DNA from: Abditibacteriaceae bacterium
GTDB taxonomy: Bacteria; Armatimonadota; Abditibacteriia; Abditibacteriales; Abditibacteriaceae
Direction: 5' to 3'
NCBI GenBank assembly: GCA_965277285.1
Contig: OZ255721.1
Location: forward strand, 544,001 to 608,000
Length of the DNA stretch: 64,000 nucleotides
The position numbers and the translations under genes are program-made. The notes beneath the pieces were generated by a model. It had not been told where the DNA came from, did no database searches, and was given only the letters and a program-made list of their open reading frames with translations. Of this stretch, positions 61,079-64,000 are shown piece after piece; position 1 is the first letter of the stretch, and each line of letters begins with the position of its first letter.

Positions 61079-62425
61079 ATGCCTTATTCCGCTCTCACTG
61101 AACACGACCGCGACCAAATGCGCCGCGTTATCGGCATCGAATCGGTCGATGAACTTTTCGCCGACATTCCCGAAGATTTGCGTCAGAACGCCGCGCCAAA
61201 AATCGGCGACGCTTTGCCGGAACTTTCGGTGCGCCGCAAAATGAACACGCTGGCGGCGAAGAACCTTTCGCTGGAAAATGCCGCGTCGTTTCTGGGCGCG
61301 GGCAGCTACGATCATTTTATCCCCGCCGTTGTTCCCGCGTTGGCCAGTCGCGGCGAATTTGCGACGGCTTACACGCCGTATCAGGCCGAAACGTCGCAGG
61401 GCACCTTGCAGGTGATTTACGAGTTTCAAACTTTGCTGTGCCAACTCACGCAAATGGAAATGGCCAACGCCAGTTTGTATGATGGCGCGACCGCTTTGGC
61501 TGAAGCGTTGATCATGGCGATGGCAATTACCAAGCGTCGCAAATTTCTGCTGCCGCGCACGCTTTCGCCGATGTACCGCGAAGTGGTGCGAACTTATTTG
61601 CAAGGTCTGGATGTCGAAACTGTGGACATCGAGTACTCGAATGGCGCGACAAGCATCCAAGATTTGCAAGCGCAACTTGATGAAACCGTCGCTGCAATAG
61701 TCGTCGCGCAACCGAACTTTTTCGGCGTTGTGGAAGACGCGCAAAGTTTCGCGGATGCGGCGCATGAACGCGGCGCGTTGGTGATTTCTGTTTTCAATCC
61801 TCACACGTTGGGCGTTTTGCCGCCGCCAGGAAGTTATGGCGCCGACATCGCGGTGGGCGAAGGTCAAAGTTTGGGAATTGCGCCGCAGTTTGGCGGGCCG
61901 GGCGTTGGCCTGTTTTGTTGCCGCAAGAACCACGCGCGTTTCGCGCCCGGGCGCTTGGTCGGAACCACGACCGACGAGCAGGGCAGAAGCGGTTTTACCC
62001 TGACTTTGCAAACGCGCGAGCAGCACATTCGCCGCGAAAAAGCGACTTCCAATATCTGCTCGAACCAGGCGTTATGCGCGCTGACAGCAACAATTTATTT
62101 ATCGGCGATGGGTTCGCACGGCCTGCGCGAAGCCTCAACGCAAAGCCATCACAAAGCGCATTATTTAGCGCAAAATTTGAGCGGAATTGAAGGTGTCGAA
62201 CTGTTATTTTCATCACCGTTTTTCCACGAATTTGTGGTGAAACTTCCGCGTCCAACTGAGGAAATCAACGCGAAGTTAATTGAGTACTCGATGTTGGGCG
62301 GCTTCGACCTTGCGCGCGATTATCCCGAACTTGGCCACGCGATGCTGTTGTGCTGCACGGAAAAACGCACGCGCGAAGAAATCGATGCTTTTGTCGAAAC
62401 CTTGCGCGATATTCTGGAAAAATGA
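61079..62425 (+). CDS. gcvPA: Glycine dehydrogenase subunit 1
   Basis: FLGAGSYDH, TAYTPYQAETSQG, NASLYDGATA, QTREQHIRREKATSNICSNQ. Confidence 0.96.
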   Translation: MPYSALTEHDRDQMRRVIGIESVDELFADIPEDLRQNAAPKIGDALPELSVRRKMNTLAAKNLSLENAASFLGAGSYDHFIPAVVPALASRGEFATAYTPYQAETSQGTLQVIYEFQTLLCQLTQMEMANASLYDGATALAEALIMAMAITKRRKFLLPRTLSPMYREVVRTYLQGLDVETVDIEYSNGATSIQDLQAQLDETVAAIVVAQPNFFGVVEDAQSFADAAHERGALVISVFNPHTLGVLPPPGSYGADIAVGEGQSLGIAPQFGGPGVGLFCCRKNHARFAPGRLVGTTTDEQGRSGFTLTLQTREQHIRREKATSNICSNQALCALTATIYLSAMGSHGLREASTQSHHKAHYLAQNLSGIEGVELLFSSPFFHEFVVKLPRPTEEINAKLIEYSMLGGFDLARDYPELGHAMLLCCTEKRTREEIDAFVETLRDILEK

Positions 62426-62426
62426 A

Positions 62427-62726
62427 ATGGCTTGGGCGACTTTCCACATCGAAAAACTGAAGAAGGGCGAAGCGGTTTCTTTTCGTCCGCGCGGCGGTTC
62501 GATGAAAGGCAAAATCGAATCGGGGCAACTTTGCACGGTTGAGCCAGTCAATATCGAAACGCTGCAAATCGGTGACATCGTGTTGTGCAAAGTGCGCGGC
62601 GCCGAGTATTTGCATTTAGTCAAAGCAATGCGCGGCAGGCAATTTCAAATTGGCAACAATCGCGGCGGCATCAACGGCTGGATTGGCGCGAACGCGATTT
62701 TCGGCAAATGCACGAAAGTTGAGTGA
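62427..62726 (+). CDS. Small S24/S26 peptidase-like protein
   Basis: RPRGGSM (GxSM), GDIVL, LHLVK pattern. Confidence 0.6.
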   Translation: MAWATFHIEKLKKGEAVSFRPRGGSMKGKIESGQLCTVEPVNIETLQIGDIVLCKVRGAEYLHLVKAMRGRQFQIGNNRGGINGWIGANAIFGKCTKVE

Positions 62727-62756
62727 TTGCGCGCGGTTCGTTAAAACACCCTCTTA

Positions 62757-63613
62757 GAGGGTGTATAGGAAAGGGTTAGACTTACATTTATGAAACGCCA
62801 GAGCTATCCCAGTGATTTGAGCGAGGCACAATGGCAAGTGCTGCGCCCTTTGATCGAGCCACAGCGTGCGCGCGGTACGCGCAGGCTTTACGCCCAACGC
62901 GAGATCGTCAACGCTTTGTTGTATCAGTTGACCAACGGCTGCTCGTGGCGTGCTTTGCCTCACGATTTTCCGCCTTACACTGTGGTTTGGTATCACTTCC
63001 GGCGCTGGCGTGACAACGGCACTCTCGAAGGTATCCACAGTTCGTTGCGTTCTCAAGTGCGCCAGGCCGATGGACGGGATGAGGCGCCCAGCGCAGCGAT
63101 TCTGGACAGCCAGAGCGTCAAAACCACAGAAAAAGGGGGCCAAAAGGCTTTGATGCAGCCAAGAAAATAAAAGGGCGCAAGCGTCATATTCTAGTGGATA
63201 CCAACGGCTTGTTGTTGCAAGTGTGTGTTCATGCTGCCAACGTTCAAGAGCGTGACGGAGCCAAATTACTTTTGCAAGACAAAGCCCTGTGGCGCTTTCC
63301 TTCACAACGTTTGCAGTTGATTTGGGCGGATGCAGGCTACTGGGGACACAAGTTCGCGGCTTGGGTGCGAGAAAACTGTGGCGTTGCGCTCCGAGTGATA
63401 AGCCGCAATGCCCTGGTGAACCGTCAATATGAAAACAAAGGCTACGTGCCGTTGCCGCGTCGCTGGGTTGTCGAAAGAACTTTTGCATGGTTGGGAAGAT
63501 GTCGAAGGCTTTCAAAAGACTATGAGCAAAATGTCAAATCAAGTGAAACCTGGATTTATCTCGCCATGATCCGGCTTATGCTCCGAAGGCTTGCGTGATT
63601 CCTATACACCCTC
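62757..63613 (+). mobile_element. IS5-family insertion sequence (IS1031-like group), about 857 bp
   Basis: 15-bp perfect TIRs GAGGGTGTATAGGAA / TTCCTATACACCCTC; flanks TTA and TCA. Confidence 0.92.
62790..63598 (+). CDS. IS5 transposase split into orfA (62790-63170) and orfB by a -1 frameshift at AAAAAGGGGG (about 63130-63139)
   Basis: [30 protein letters not shown]; -1 frame [44 protein letters not shown]. Confidence 0.9.
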
Positions 63614-63616
63614 TCA

Positions 63617-63673
63617 GAATCATTTTGCAAAGTAGAAAACAGCGTTAGAAAGTGGAAGTTTGCAAACGGGTTC
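63617..63673. mobile_element. Short MITE-like element abutting the IS5 right end
   Basis: gaatcattttgcaaagtagaaaacagcg...gtttgcaaacgggttc; homologous to the middle layers at 8449 and 10381-10536. Confidence 0.55.
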
Positions 63674-63734
63674 TAAGCGTTTCTCTATGTTCTTTGTATC
63701 TCCGTGGTTTTAATTCCGTTATCGAGTACTCGAA

Positions 63735-64000
63735 ATGAACATCGAACCTTTGAACATCCAGCAATATCGAAACATCGTGATTTTGACGGGCGCGGGCGTC
63801 AGCGCGGCTTCGGGCGTGCCGACGTTTCGCGGCGCGGGCGGTTTGTGGAACGATGAAGAAGCGATCTGGGTTTCGGAGGCCGACAATCTGCCTGCGAGCT
63901 TGCCGCGCTTGTGGAACTTTTACGGCCCGTTGCGCGAAAAGATGGCACAAGTGCAGCCGAACGCCGCGCATTTCGCTTTGTCGAAATTGCAAAATGAAGC
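63735..64000 (+). CDS. cobB: NAD-dependent deacylase, Sir2/CobB family (3'-truncated)
   Basis: Read directly: MNIEPLNIQQYRNIVILTGAGVSAASGVPTFRGAGGLW...QPNAAHFAL. Confidence 0.88.
   Translation, partial: MNIEPLNIQQYRNIVILTGAGVSAASGVPTFRGAGGLWNDEEAIWVSEADNLPASLPRLWNFYGPLREKMAQVQPNAAHFALSKLQNE

Noticed and set aside
62754..63515. 253-aa minus-strand ORF inside the IS, and the reading of the split transposase as a pseudogene
   Set aside because: The ORF is an antisense shadow of the transposase; a split at an A5G5 slippery site is common in IS5-family elements

Overview
64 kb of a GC-rich bacterial chromosome. The gene style (RpoB/RpoC, a DUF1559/H-X9-DG prepilin-like gene, an LmeA/DUF2993-like gene, split gcvPA) suggests Abditibacteriota/Armatimonadota or a relative; this is inference. 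Gene content in order: a potassium-homeostasis locus (kdpB partial, kdpC, CPA1 antiporter, KimA/YdaO-like transporter, HAMP-PAS histidine kinase, two paralogous response regulators with an unrecognised output domain, stand-alone KdpD-N/Usp protein); an FAH hydrolase; rpoB-rpoC with its own promoter; ung; a transglutaminase/esterase fusion; a ModF-like ATPase; SulP; pepD; a tRNA gene with the rare UAU (Ile) anticodon; a LacI-controlled sugar island (GH2, araFGH, DUF1559 prepilin-like gene, LacI, second GH2); a histidine phosphatase; a four-gene unit with a giant CtpH/CtpI-like P-type ATPase; an M16 peptidase; gcvT-gcvH-gcvPA; an IS5-family element; and the start of a sirtuin. The most striking signal is not a gene. 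The palindrome ATCGAGTACTCGAT recurs about once per kb, in intergenic DNA and in all reading frames of conserved genes including rpoB/rpoC (by hand: 12 exact 14-mers, about 43 GAGTACTC cores, about 55 sites with near-matches). Other highlights are the tRNA-Ile(UAU) with a leader hairpin that can sequester its acceptor stem, a phased 21-bp array, nested REP/MITE palindromes, and twin LacI-type operators coupling a pseudopilin-like gene to sugar uptake. All counts and coordinates were read by eye and should be verified computationally.
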